A stretch of 64,000 nt of DNA from Candidatus Omnitrophota bacterium. GTDB lineage: Bacteria > Omnitrophota > Gorgyraeia > B26-G9. The position numbers and the translations under genes were made by a program. Each line of letters starts with the position of its first letter. The stretch's first letter is position 1. The notes beneath the pieces are model-generated. The model did no database searches, was not told the origin of the DNA, and was given only the letters and a program-made list of their open reading frames with translations. Positions 10,438 through 20,200 of the stretch are shown here, piece after piece. The DNA lies in contig JBDRPX010000015.1 of assembly GCA_043826565.1 (NCBI GenBank), positions 3,317-67,316 on the forward strand, written 5' to 3'.

Positions 10438-10641
10438 CTAGTAACTATCTTCTTCCGATGCATCAGCATTATCAAAATACCCATCCAGGGTACTACAAGC
10501 CTTCAAACGAACCGGAGCAACAGCGATAATTTCAAATTCTAGGTCGCAAATGGAACAATATAAAAGATCGCCAACATCTAGATCGTCATCCCTTTCTTCA
10601 ATAACCCTTTTACATTGCAAACATTTCACACTGGCACTCAT
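10438..10641 (-). CDS. LysW-like zinc-ribbon protein with acidic C-terminal tail
   Basis: CxxC..(7 aa)..VGDLLYCxxC..EFEIIAVAPVRL.. then acidic tail ADASEEDSY; pattern parallels amino-group carrier protein LysW. Confidence 0.45.
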   Translation of the reverse strand: MSASVKCLQCKRVIEERDDDLDVGDLLYCSICDLEFEIIAVAPVRLKACSTLDGYFDNADASEEDSY

Positions 10642-10852
10642 ATATCTCTCCTGGTATAATCTTCAATCCTCTGATGGATTATACCTGATTAAAACGATTA
10701 TTAATAGATTGCAAAGATTAAACCATTAATCTTCTATAACTAATTCCACTGAGAAAAGATCTCTTTTTTTAATCACTGTAATCTCCTCTTTAATCTATGG
10801 AATCAAGACATCCTGACCTTTATAGGATGTCTTCAGCAGATTATCTTAGCGT

Positions 10853-11122
10853 TTATAAATAATTATAGTCTACAGCAACAAGCCCTTCTTCTGTCGTATT
10901 AACAATAACTTCTATCTCATCCCCTTCTTCTAAATCAACTGAATATTCAAAATCCTCCGGGATCATAATTACTTTTCCGCTCACAGTTATAGAACTTCCA
11001 TCCTCCGCAATTGCCTCCACTGTCCCGGTAATGGTTGTGCTGGCTGATTGCGCAAAAGCCGCGTTAAAGGTGATCCCTAAACACAAAACAACAGCGCAAA
11101 GAACAAACATTTTCTTAAACAT
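10853..11122 (-). CDS. small secreted protein (89 aa), hypothetical
   Basis: signal peptide MFKKMFVLCAVVLCLGITFNAAFA; acidic beta-rich remainder. Confidence 0.5.
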   Translation of the reverse strand: MFKKMFVLCAVVLCLGITFNAAFAQSASTTITGTVEAIAEDGSSITVSGKVIMIPEDFEYSVDLEEGDEIEVIVNTTEEGLVAVDYNYL

Positions 11123-11412
11123 GACACTCCCTTTCTATCTACCCTAAATACTTCAGAGCAGGTACTCTTATTTAGTCTGTCGGAACGTTCCGATAGCTTT
11201 ATTTCTTTTTTGCTTTAACTGCTTTTTTTGCTTTAGCTGGTTTAGCTTTCTTCACTGCCACTATGCTCACCCCCCTATTTTTTAAGAACAAGCCTATATG
11301 TTCATATTGGAATATGTCCATATATTTATATACTATAACAGTGTATGTTTGTCAAGCTAAAAATCTTGGTTTTTTGATAAAAACATAGAGTGAAAACATG
11401 GTTTGGGAAAAA

Positions 11413-11742
11413 CTAGTTTTTGGGCCTTTGCAGAGACTTTTTATCTATCTTTAAAGAAGGGATATCTTTGCATTGGGCCTGTAAAAAGGCGACTATTTCA
11501 TATTGGAAAGAATCTGTTTTATTGGTTAAGGTGTAAAATACTCTATTGCCCCGGCGCCGGTCTGTGACAATTTTCAAAAAACGCAACCGGCTAAGATGTT
11601 TAGAAATAACCGACTGCGATACTTTGAGCGTCCGGCAGATCTCGCCTACCGGGAGTTCTTCCCCTTCGAGAAGGCTTATAATCCTCAAACGCGTATCTTC
11701 CGCGCACGCTTTTAAAACTAATCTTACTTTTTTTACCGACAT
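11413..11742 (-). CDS. ArsR/SmtB-family winged-helix transcriptional regulator
   Basis: LKACAEDTRLRIISLL..ELPVGEICRTLKVSQSVISKHLSRLRFLKIV. Confidence 0.8.
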   Translation of the reverse strand: MSVKKVRLVLKACAEDTRLRIISLLEGEELPVGEICRTLKVSQSVISKHLSRLRFLKIVTDRRRGNRVFYTLTNKTDSFQYEIVAFLQAQCKDIPSLKIDKKSLQRPKN

Positions 11743-11820
11743 AAAACCACCTAAAAATCATTATTGCTTTATGAACATATTAGCATATACTTCTCTATTT
11801 GTCAATACAGGAAGCCGGCC

Positions 11821-13473
11821 CTAATACCACTCATATTTTTTGACCCGAGCTATTTTAAAAATATTTATTATTTTGCTTATAATAAACCGGGGGTATTCTG
11901 CGGATTTCTTATTAATAAAAACCGTAATATATTCTAACTCGCCCTCATACGAAACATAACCGGCAAATCTCGCCAAAGGACACATCTTGGCCTCTAGTTC
12001 CGCCAGGCGATTAATTTGACTGCGTCCATTTTCCGATTTTAGTTCCGGAAGAAGCAGGCCATATTGCCGTACTAAAGAATCTTTTAGTGGCCAAGCGGAA
12101 TTTTTATTTTTGCTTACCAATATAAAAACATCAAAATCCGGCACAGCCGAATAGATCTCCGGGTCAGGGAAACCAGCTCCGCCAATAGTCTGCGCATAAC
12201 CCCGGGTTTTTAAATCCCGGGAAAGCCTTTCGGCTAAAACCATTTCCCAGGAATCACGAAATATCCCGATCCTGGAATTTTGGTTTTTTAAAGCATCTAG
12301 CGTAGCAATATAATTCACAATGTTTTCTGTGGCTATTTCTCCTATTTGGGGATAAGTCTTTCGGCTTTTTGCGTTTACTTCCGTGAAAAAAGGATAAGCT
12401 GCCAGCGTTAAAATAAGCAGTATCGCATAGATATTATCTTTATATTTTTTAGAATAAACCCCCAGCATAACCGCGGCTTGCGGCAAGGCCGGCGCCAGAT
12501 AAAACCAGTGAAACCATTTTCCGCGCACATCAAACAAACTAAAAAAAACCAGACAAAACAATAATGATGAGCCGATCAATACTGCGAAAGTTTCTTTGCG
12601 GGCAAGCATCCGGATACAAACATAGATCCATAAGCATAAAATCGGCAAAGAAAAACATATTTTTAATCCGATCAGATAATGCGTAAGTTCCCGGATAAAA
12701 TTATGGCCGCCGGGCATAAACGCCTCGCACAAATAAAAGCCGGCCTGATGCGCAGTGAACAACAAAACCCCGGATAATAAAAAAGCAATCCCCCCATAAC
12801 TGATGTTTTTTACGTTAACCGATTTTATTTTTTTTATAAACATAAAAATTATGACCACGGCCGGGCCGATAAAAAAAAGAAAAAACTGCTCTTTCATCAG
12901 AACACCCAACCCAAAGACAATACCAAAAGCTATGGAGAATTTTCTTCGGGAAAAATATTCACTTCGCAGCAAGTAATAAAACGCTGTTATGGTTAAGGCG
13001 ATTTGTCCGGCATATAATGTCAGTCCCTCAGCATGCAAAACAATTCCCGGAAGGATACTAAGAAAAAGCGCGGCGATTATTCCGCTCCCCGGGCATAGAT
13101 ATTCCCCGGTTTTAAAGGTAAAGATAATTGTCACCACAAAAAAGATTAGGGGTAAAATATATAATTCCGTAAGCAAAAGATTCCCGACAAATAAATCCGT
13201 TGTCACCGCAGAGAAAAAATACAATGGCGGACGGTGAATAATATGATTTAAACTATAGATTATTTCCCAGAGAACGCCCCCTAAATTTTGACCGGCAAAA
13301 ATAGTTGCGAGATGATTTTGGATCATTACATTGGCCGCATGGTGAGTTTCCGCATCATGCCCAAACAACCCAAAAAAAGTTTTTGCGGAGATTGCATTGC
13401 GATAACTGAAGATTAAGATAATCACAAAAATCAGGATCAGGGGAACCAAATTCGCGCGTTTTTTCTTAAGCAT
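11821..13473 (-). CDS. GT-C fold polytopic membrane glycosyltransferase (ArnT/PMT-like) with C-terminal periplasmic domain
   Basis: about 11 predicted TM helices over 330 aa then roughly 200-aa soluble domain; overlaps upstream oxidoreductase gene by 8 bp (operon). Confidence 0.6.
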   Translation of the reverse strand: MLKKKRANLVPLILIFVIILIFSYRNAISAKTFFGLFGHDAETHHAANVMIQNHLATIFAGQNLGGVLWEIIYSLNHIIHRPPLYFFSAVTTDLFVGNLLLTELYILPLIFFVVTIIFTFKTGEYLCPGSGIIAALFLSILPGIVLHAEGLTLYAGQIALTITAFYYLLRSEYFSRRKFSIAFGIVFGLGVLMKEQFFLFFIGPAVVIIFMFIKKIKSVNVKNISYGGIAFLLSGVLLFTAHQAGFYLCEAFMPGGHNFIRELTHYLIGLKICFSLPILCLWIYVCIRMLARKETFAVLIGSSLLFCLVFFSLFDVRGKWFHWFYLAPALPQAAVMLGVYSKKYKDNIYAILLILTLAAYPFFTEVNAKSRKTYPQIGEIATENIVNYIATLDALKNQNSRIGIFRDSWEMVLAERLSRDLKTRGYAQTIGGAGFPDPEIYSAVPDFDVFILVSKNKNSAWPLKDSLVRQYGLLLPELKSENGRSQINRLAELEAKMCPLARFAGYVSYEGELEYITVFINKKSAEYPRFIISKIINIFKIARVKKYEWY

Positions 13474-14935
13474 GGGTATTTACTGCTCCGTTTGCTAATT
13501 TTTCCGCAACCTCCATAGCTGAAAGCATGGCCGCATCAGTATTGCAATATTCATGCTGCCCGTTTCTGCCGATAAGAAACAAGTTCTTGGTCGTATTGAT
13601 AAATACCCCGAGTTGGGCTAATTCGCCCTGCTCTAGGCCATGAACCGGATAGGCTTTTTCCTGTCGGATGACAACTCCATCAATGAAATCATTCGGGTCA
13701 ATAAAATCAAGCCTGGCTAAATCGCGGATTGTTTGTTTTACCAGCACATCATCCTGCTTTTCCCATAATTGGCTTTCCTCCGAACAAAAATATTCTGCGC
13801 CAAGCAAAACATGCTCTTTGTCTTTAACTAGAAATTCGCTCCAATTGTTAAATATTTGAAGCCTTCCCATGGCAATATCTTTATTGTGTATATAAATCCA
13901 TTGGTCCGGCAAGGTGCTTACATTTCTTTTTGAAACATTAAGTTTGGATTTTTTTAAGATCAGGCCCACTATAATTACATTCCTATAGATAAGTTTTTCG
14001 GCCGCGCTAAGTATTGACTCGGGCACCTTGTTTTCAAAAGCACTAACCAGCTCACCCAGGGGGATTGAAGAAATAAAATAATCACCCGGCTCAACAGAAA
14101 TCTTCTTTGTTGATAAATTCATAATTTTGGCACTATGGATATTCTCCTGATTATTGAGCCCGATCATTTTATGGCCTAAGAAAATCTTTCCGCCCTTTTC
14201 GATAATCCTGGCGGCAATGGTTTCCCATAACTGTCCCGCGCCTTTAGCCGGATACAAAAACTGTTCGGTTAAGCTGGGAGGAACAGACCCCGGCATTAGC
14301 CCCAAGGCTTTTCTGGGAAAAACTTTCTTAATCGCATGATCAAGGATAGATTTTATAGATACTGATTGAATGCGCCCTTTCGCCCATTGAGCGCTAATAA
14401 GATTACACGGCAGGCCCCACACTTTTTGAGTATAATCCTGAAAAAACGTCCGGTAAAGCTCTTCGCCAAACCGCATTATAAGCAAATCTTCCAAGGAATT
14501 AATTTGTTTGCGCGGAAATAGTTGGGATTTCAAATAACTTAATAAAATTTTGCCTATTTTCCGAAACCCCAGAGCTTTTAAGATCTGATGATTTATTTTC
14601 AGCGGATACCGAATAAAGGCATTCCCGAAAACAATCCGGGAAATACGCTTTTTCAGAATCAGGCATTGCTCCGCAGGAATATTTAGAGGAAGAGCCTTTA
14701 ACCACCATTTTAATATTTTTTGTGATGTCGTAAAATAACGATGCCCCCCGATATCCAAGCGATTCCCTTTATAATCAATAGTGCGGCAAAGCCCTCCAAC
14801 TATATTTTGAGTTTCAAAAACCAAAGGCTGGATATTAGTCTTGGTTAACAGTTCGTGAGCTAAGGTTAGTCCGGCGGGCCCTGCTCCGAAAATAATGGCT
14901 TTTTGTGGTTTGTTTTTCAATTTCTCGTTTACCAA
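13466..14935 (-). CDS. FAD/NAD(P)-binding oxidoreductase (amine-oxidase / UDP-galactopyranose-mutase-like fold)
   Basis: N-terminal dinucleotide-binding motif IIFGAGPAGLTLA plus GGLCRTIDYKGNRLDIGGHRYF. Confidence 0.75.
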   Translation of the reverse strand: MVNEKLKNKPQKAIIFGAGPAGLTLAHELLTKTNIQPLVFETQNIVGGLCRTIDYKGNRLDIGGHRYFTTSQKILKWWLKALPLNIPAEQCLILKKRISRIVFGNAFIRYPLKINHQILKALGFRKIGKILLSYLKSQLFPRKQINSLEDLLIMRFGEELYRTFFQDYTQKVWGLPCNLISAQWAKGRIQSVSIKSILDHAIKKVFPRKALGLMPGSVPPSLTEQFLYPAKGAGQLWETIAARIIEKGGKIFLGHKMIGLNNQENIHSAKIMNLSTKKISVEPGDYFISSIPLGELVSAFENKVPESILSAAEKLIYRNVIIVGLILKKSKLNVSKRNVSTLPDQWIYIHNKDIAMGRLQIFNNWSEFLVKDKEHVLLGAEYFCSEESQLWEKQDDVLVKQTIRDLARLDFIDPNDFIDGVVIRQEKAYPVHGLEQGELAQLGVFINTTKNLFLIGRNGQHEYCNTDAAMLSAMEVAEKLANGAVNTHA

Positions 14936-15030
14936 TTACTCTCCTATCTGCAGGATAAGCCTGTAAGTATTTAGGCTGTTTATTCGATCAAAAGACGGGA
15001 ACAAAAAATTCGTCCACTTTATTAGGACCT

Positions 15031-15110
15031 ATTTCATCACGACTTTAACTCCCTTCAAACAATATATGATTTTAGCAAGAAAGGTAGTCTTTAGGCAAGG
15101 ATTTAAGGAA
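15031..15110 (-). repeat. conserved roughly 80-bp leader-like repeat, copy 1 (between OM protein gene and oxidoreductase operon)
   Basis: about 90% identical to 16283..16361; minus-sense copy contains TTGCTA..TATATT and AAGGGAG-N8-GTGATG. Confidence 0.6.
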
Positions 15111-15163
15111 GCTACGACTTTATTTTTCTGTTATCCTTTGTTTAAACTGGCGAAGAATGTGTG

Positions 15164-16066
15164 CTACCACTTAATGCTGATGCCTCCGATTACTCCGCGG
15201 CGGTTATGATAACCGAAAATAGCTGTCATGTCACTTTGGAAAAGATATCGCGCTTGAGCAGAGACAGTTATATTGTTCTCCGTTGTTTCTCCGGACTCAT
15301 AAAGATTTCCCGTTGCATTGTCCCGAGATACCGAGATTTTATCCTGACGAGAAATTCCCAGCGTAGCGGCCCAAAACCAACGTTTCTTGAACCGCCTACC
15401 AAAAACCCCGAATAGCTCAAATTCATCACTAAGATTCTTATCTCCTAGAGCAGTAAGCCCCGGAGGCGGGGCGCTGACAATAAAAGATGTATTGTCAAGC
15501 TCATCTGTCTGCATCCAACAACCCCCTGCCCCATAGAGAATGTTCCCTTTTATTCTCCCTAGCTCAAGCGCCATGCTGGAGCCATCAGCTACTCCTCCGC
15601 CTCCGGCAGTCAAACCGACATATCCAAACGAAGTATTCCGTTCTGCTTTTTTATCTATACTTATAAGCACCCGGTTAACCAAATCGTTTTCCGCATTTGT
15701 ACTTGTTAGCTGTTTGTTCTCTATCCGCGCTAATACATCACTTGCTTCTTTTGCTTCATTCGTTTCCGGATACTCATACAGAAGTATCTCCAGATAGACG
15801 CTTGCCTTCTTTAGCTCCTCAATGAGAATTAACTTTTTACCTATGTCTAAAAGTTGGGCCGCACTCATTTTCCCATGGTAGCCCGTGTTCTTTTCCAGGA
15901 TACGCTCTAAGCGGTTAATTTTTATCATCAATGCTGTATTTTGTGATTGCATTTTCTCGATGTCCGGAGCGGAAACACGGTCAAAGACAACCACGCATAA
16001 AAGCACTACCAGCATTGTCAGCAAAAGTAATTTTTTAATTTGGGATCTTTTTTTCTTTTTCATCAA
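15164..16066 (-). CDS. putative outer-membrane protein: N-terminal anchor, coiled-coil region, C-terminal beta domain ending in W
   Basis: MMKKKKRSQIKKLLLLTMLVVLLCVVVF anchor; C-terminus ...GGISIKW typical of OM beta-barrel terminal aromatic. Confidence 0.5.
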   Translation of the reverse strand: MMKKKKRSQIKKLLLLTMLVVLLCVVVFDRVSAPDIEKMQSQNTALMIKINRLERILEKNTGYHGKMSAAQLLDIGKKLILIEELKKASVYLEILLYEYPETNEAKEASDVLARIENKQLTSTNAENDLVNRVLISIDKKAERNTSFGYVGLTAGGGGVADGSSMALELGRIKGNILYGAGGCWMQTDELDNTSFIVSAPPPGLTALGDKNLSDEFELFGVFGRRFKKRWFWAATLGISRQDKISVSRDNATGNLYESGETTENNITVSAQARYLFQSDMTAIFGYHNRRGVIGGISIKW

Positions 16067-16282
16067 GTATTAGAAGTTGCGTGTCCCCTTCAGGGTACAA
16101 ATAAAAAAAGACAAACACATCCGTGATTGCCCGATTAAATCCTTATGGACAAATGCTACACCTTTGCTATTAGTTAGTCAATAAAAAAGGGATATCTCAC
16201 ACGGTCTCTACGTTTAGAACTACTCGTTCTCCGCCGACAATCAATCCTGTTTTTAGAATTGTTTGTTTTTTTAAGCTCCACA

Positions 16283-16361
16283 ATTTCATCACGTATTTAA
16301 CTCCCTTCAAACAATATATAATTTTAGCAAGAAAGGTGGTCTTTAGGCAAGGATTTGAGGA
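16283..16361 (-). repeat. conserved roughly 80-bp leader-like repeat, copy 2
   Basis: see 15031..15110; here the RBS-GTGATG is followed by a roughly 30-codon ORF, truncated to MK-stop in copy 1. Confidence 0.6.
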
Positions 16362-16394
16362 AAGAGCTTGCTGGCTTCTACGGATGTGCGGATA

Positions 16395-17054
16395 TTACCA
16401 GTTAGCACCCAGACCCACAATAACCTGATCAGCGTCAAAGTTTATACTTCCGTCTTCTTTATCCATATCCTGGCGATATTCAACCACAAAAAACATTTTT
16501 GATTTCTCTCGGCCTAACTCAACTCCCAGGCAATTACTCCAGAAAGACCCGTCAAAATCAGATTTTGTGGTATTTAATCCATAGTGCCGGCCGCCGTAAA
16601 TATCCAGGCCTAAGTATGAGCCTTGTGAATTTCTTTCCGCTTCTCCGGAAAAATAACCATAGCCTGCGCCGACATATGGAGACAATGTCCAGCCTGATTT
16701 AAAGATATTCACGGATTTCAGCGGATAAGCGCGCGCGGTAATACGGGTATCCCACATATGCGCGTTAATGGCATCTTTGGTGTGCGGAAAATAATGGGTG
16801 GCGTTTTCTGTGGAATAATTAACCTTGCCTCCGCTCTTGCCGCGAAGAAACCCCAGCCCCCAGGACAAATCTACCATATCAAAATATTTATGAGAACGCA
16901 ATTCCGTTTCAAAATAACCCGTAGCATCTTTATGATAATAATCATCAAACCCGGTATCTTTTTTAAAACCATAGTCTCCCATGCGCAAGGAACAACCTGA
17001 AACACTCAACCCGATCATCATTATTATAATTATTTTAATAATCTGTTTCATCAA
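16395..17054 (-). CDS. outer-membrane beta-barrel lipoprotein
   Basis: lipobox LSVSGC after signal peptide; alternating Y/G-rich beta strands; C-terminal GLGANW. Confidence 0.55.
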   Translation of the reverse strand: MMKQIIKIIIIMMIGLSVSGCSLRMGDYGFKKDTGFDDYYHKDATGYFETELRSHKYFDMVDLSWGLGFLRGKSGGKVNYSTENATHYFPHTKDAINAHMWDTRITARAYPLKSVNIFKSGWTLSPYVGAGYGYFSGEAERNSQGSYLGLDIYGGRHYGLNTTKSDFDGSFWSNCLGVELGREKSKMFFVVEYRQDMDKEDGSINFDADQVIVGLGANW

Positions 17055-17217
17055 TATCTCCTTTTCTAAACAAAAAAACCATCACTTCCGTGATTGCTTG
17101 GACAAAATTTCTTTGTAAATTATACTATTTTTATATAAATCCGTCAACTAGGTTTTTCGGAAATTAAGACTCAAAACTAATGGGCCTGGTATACGTTATC
17201 CCCTAAACGCCGGATTT

Positions 17218-20200
17218 TCATATCGCCTGTTCCACCAGAGCAGAAATGCCGGTCATCGGATTAGCATTAATTTCCGATTGTAATCCACTATTGTTTGTTT
17301 CTCCGAGAAGAACATCAATCCTCACGATCTTCTTATCTCTCAGCTGATGCGCAATATTTTCATCAGTAATGGTGTCGCCAACAAATACCGCGGCAAGGTC
17401 TTTCCCTTCCAAATCTCGATAAATTCTGATCTGCTGTGGAACCACCGCACCTTCTCCAAAGGTATCCTTAAAATTTCCATCCAGGCTTAAAACATTATGA
17501 TAGACCAGTAAAGTATTTTTAAACTGTTTCGCGGCAAAGCTGCCCCGAGGCAAAACAATCTGTTTTTTCTCCCCGTTAACCATAAAAACCGCTTCCTCTT
17601 CCTGTGCCAGGAATAACTCGCCTGACAAACAAGGACTATAAGTAAATTGTTCCTGCCCCTGATTGTTTACACTAAAATAAGTCTCTCCCCAGAGCAGTTT
17701 TTCCAAAAACCATTTCATTACTTCGGAGTTATAACCGGAAAACCGGGCATAGTGTCCACGGCCTTCTTCATCCTGGTATGAGACATTCTGAAAGAAAGCA
17801 CGTCCGTAAACCAGCTCATCCATATACGGCGCGATATTGCGATGAATATCCGCGTAAAACTCGCTGATCAGTCCTGCTCCCAGCAATTCCGTCATGAATT
17901 TCCCTTCCTGATGTTTAAACGCACCATTCTCCAGATGCCCGCGCGGAAATACACTTTTCCGCCTTGTTACCAATTCCACCTCATCATCTTCAGTCAACGG
18001 TTCATTCAACCGATAATTGCCTGTCTGCGCGTTATACAGCTGTGTCTGCTGTACTTTCCGGTAGACTTCCCGGGCCTGCTGCGGATTTTCTGCGGTCTGT
18101 AAATCTCCGACAACGCCTTCCAGAAAAAGCGGCAATGACTTCCTGACAAACTTTTTGGCTTGGACCGCGGGAAAATCTTCCGCGGCCATTATTTCTTTGC
18201 CGCTCTGGTCGCGCAAGATCTCATATTCAGTCATATCATAATAAAAATACGCATGTGTTAATCCACTCTGCGGATCTTTTGCTTTGTCCAAAGCAGCACG
18301 CAGTTTCTTTTTTCCATCATTTAAAAAAGCTTTGATCTCCGCCACGGTTACGCGGTCGGTTTTTCCGGAAACACCCAGTCGTGTCTGAGCATTATATTCT
18401 TCCTGAAAGATATTGCTTTTATCCCAGAAATCGAAGCATTCCGTATCAGACTGAAAATCTTTTTTATCCACATGCTGATCCAGGACATCGGCAAGCTTCC
18501 GGAAATACGCAGCTTTTTCTTCTGAAACCGCCACCGTATCCGTCCCATTAAACTGCATAGCGTCAAAATACTGCTCCCAGGATTCAAAAAGAAGATATAA
18601 GTCTGTAGTGACCCGTGCCGATGAGCCGAAATAGGCAGCCAGTTTGCTTAAGGAGTCATCCCACCCAGGCTTACCCGCTTTAAATTCCACGCCCACTCCA
18701 TGCGGATCAAGATCGGCAATTTTCATCAGCAAAGTCAGCATTTTCTCAAAAGCAGAACTATAAAAAATATCCCCGGTTTCGTAATCGTAACCGGTATGCA
18801 CTTTATCTCTTGCCTCTTTCTGCCGGGATTCATTTCGCCTGCTTCTTTCTTCTACATGTTCCAGCACTTTTCGCTGTAGAGGTTTACCGTCTACTAAAGC
18901 ATATCTGCCGTTTGCCCCATAGCGGGGTTTTACTTGCACCGTAGATTCAAAGGCCGTAAGCTGAGTTTGGAAAAGAAGTTCTCTAAATCTTTTTCTATTC
19001 TCCTCTTTATCCAGAGGAAATAAACGTATAAAATTCTTAAAAAAATCGTTAATATATCCCACGCTATGATCCTGCCAATATCCCTCGCCAAAATCAGCCT
19101 GCTGAATAACCTCGGAAGAAGCGATTAGATCACGTAAAAACGCGTCTTTATCCTTGATCTTAATACCTTCTTTATCGATAAATTCCACTAATTTACGCAA
19201 TATAAAACCGTTTCGCAAAAAATCAGCCAGTTTATAAACATCTTTCCCTTTGACATAAGTTAATAAAAACCGGGGCAATCTTTTTTTCCCTCCGGCATAT
19301 TTCAATATTCCCGCCCCAACTCCCATGGGATTATATCCGTCTAATTGGACTAAAGACAGAAACCGCAGAATATCCGTTTCCGCCAGATCCGGATCGACCA
19401 GCATATTTGTCCGCCGGTTTTGCAGCACATCACGAAAATTACCCATACCTTCTTCCCGGTCAATGATGACAAAATTACCGTAATCACGTTCCTGATCAGC
19501 GTGCTTTACCTTGTTTTCATATTCCACGACAATGCGCCCATCCTTAGTTCGATATTCTGCTTTCACCGCCGGCATACCGCCCCGCAAATAATTTTCCAGT
19601 TTGCTCTGAGCAAACCAGGCATTAAGTTTCTTATCCCGGGAATGTATCCAGGCATCTTCGTATAACCATTGTTCGATGATCGCATCCATTTCCGCTCTTT
19701 TTTGCCGGAAATATTCTTTATTTAAAATTTTCCCCTCAAGCGCGGCAATCTTCGGGTCAAGCTCTCCGCTTTTTAACTTTTCCTGCGCTGATATCTGTCC
19801 ATAATATGAATAAATCGTATGTTCATTTCTACCTTCTCCCAAACGCACCCGGGCAAAATTCATAGCGCAGAAATGCTGGCCGCCGTCTTTATTATTCAAA
19901 CGATCGGACTGCTGCCGGGATTGGAATTCTCCAAAATCAGCGCCAAAAAAACGCGATGCCACCCGCCGGTCACCTTCCCCGAATACCCTGTCTTTATCCC
20001 AAACCGGAGAAATGGTTACAGAAGCATCAGAACTGAAGCTGGTATAAAAATTATTCAACTCATCGACAACCGGCTTCCCTCTCACATTGTCAACATTATC
20101 TTCTATTGCCCTGGCCCGGGTGAGCACAGTATTGCCTCTGAGCTCAACGGAATTGAAATACTGCCCGGTATGGGACATATTGTCCCGGGTCCATTTATTC

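Noticed and set aside
11200-11265. Tiny Lys/Ala-rich ORF (GTG start, VAVKKAKPAKAKKAVKAKKK) on minus strand with GGGTGAG RBS
   Set aside because: It is only about 20 codons and low complexity; it could be a real basic peptide, but the sequence alone does not support a call.
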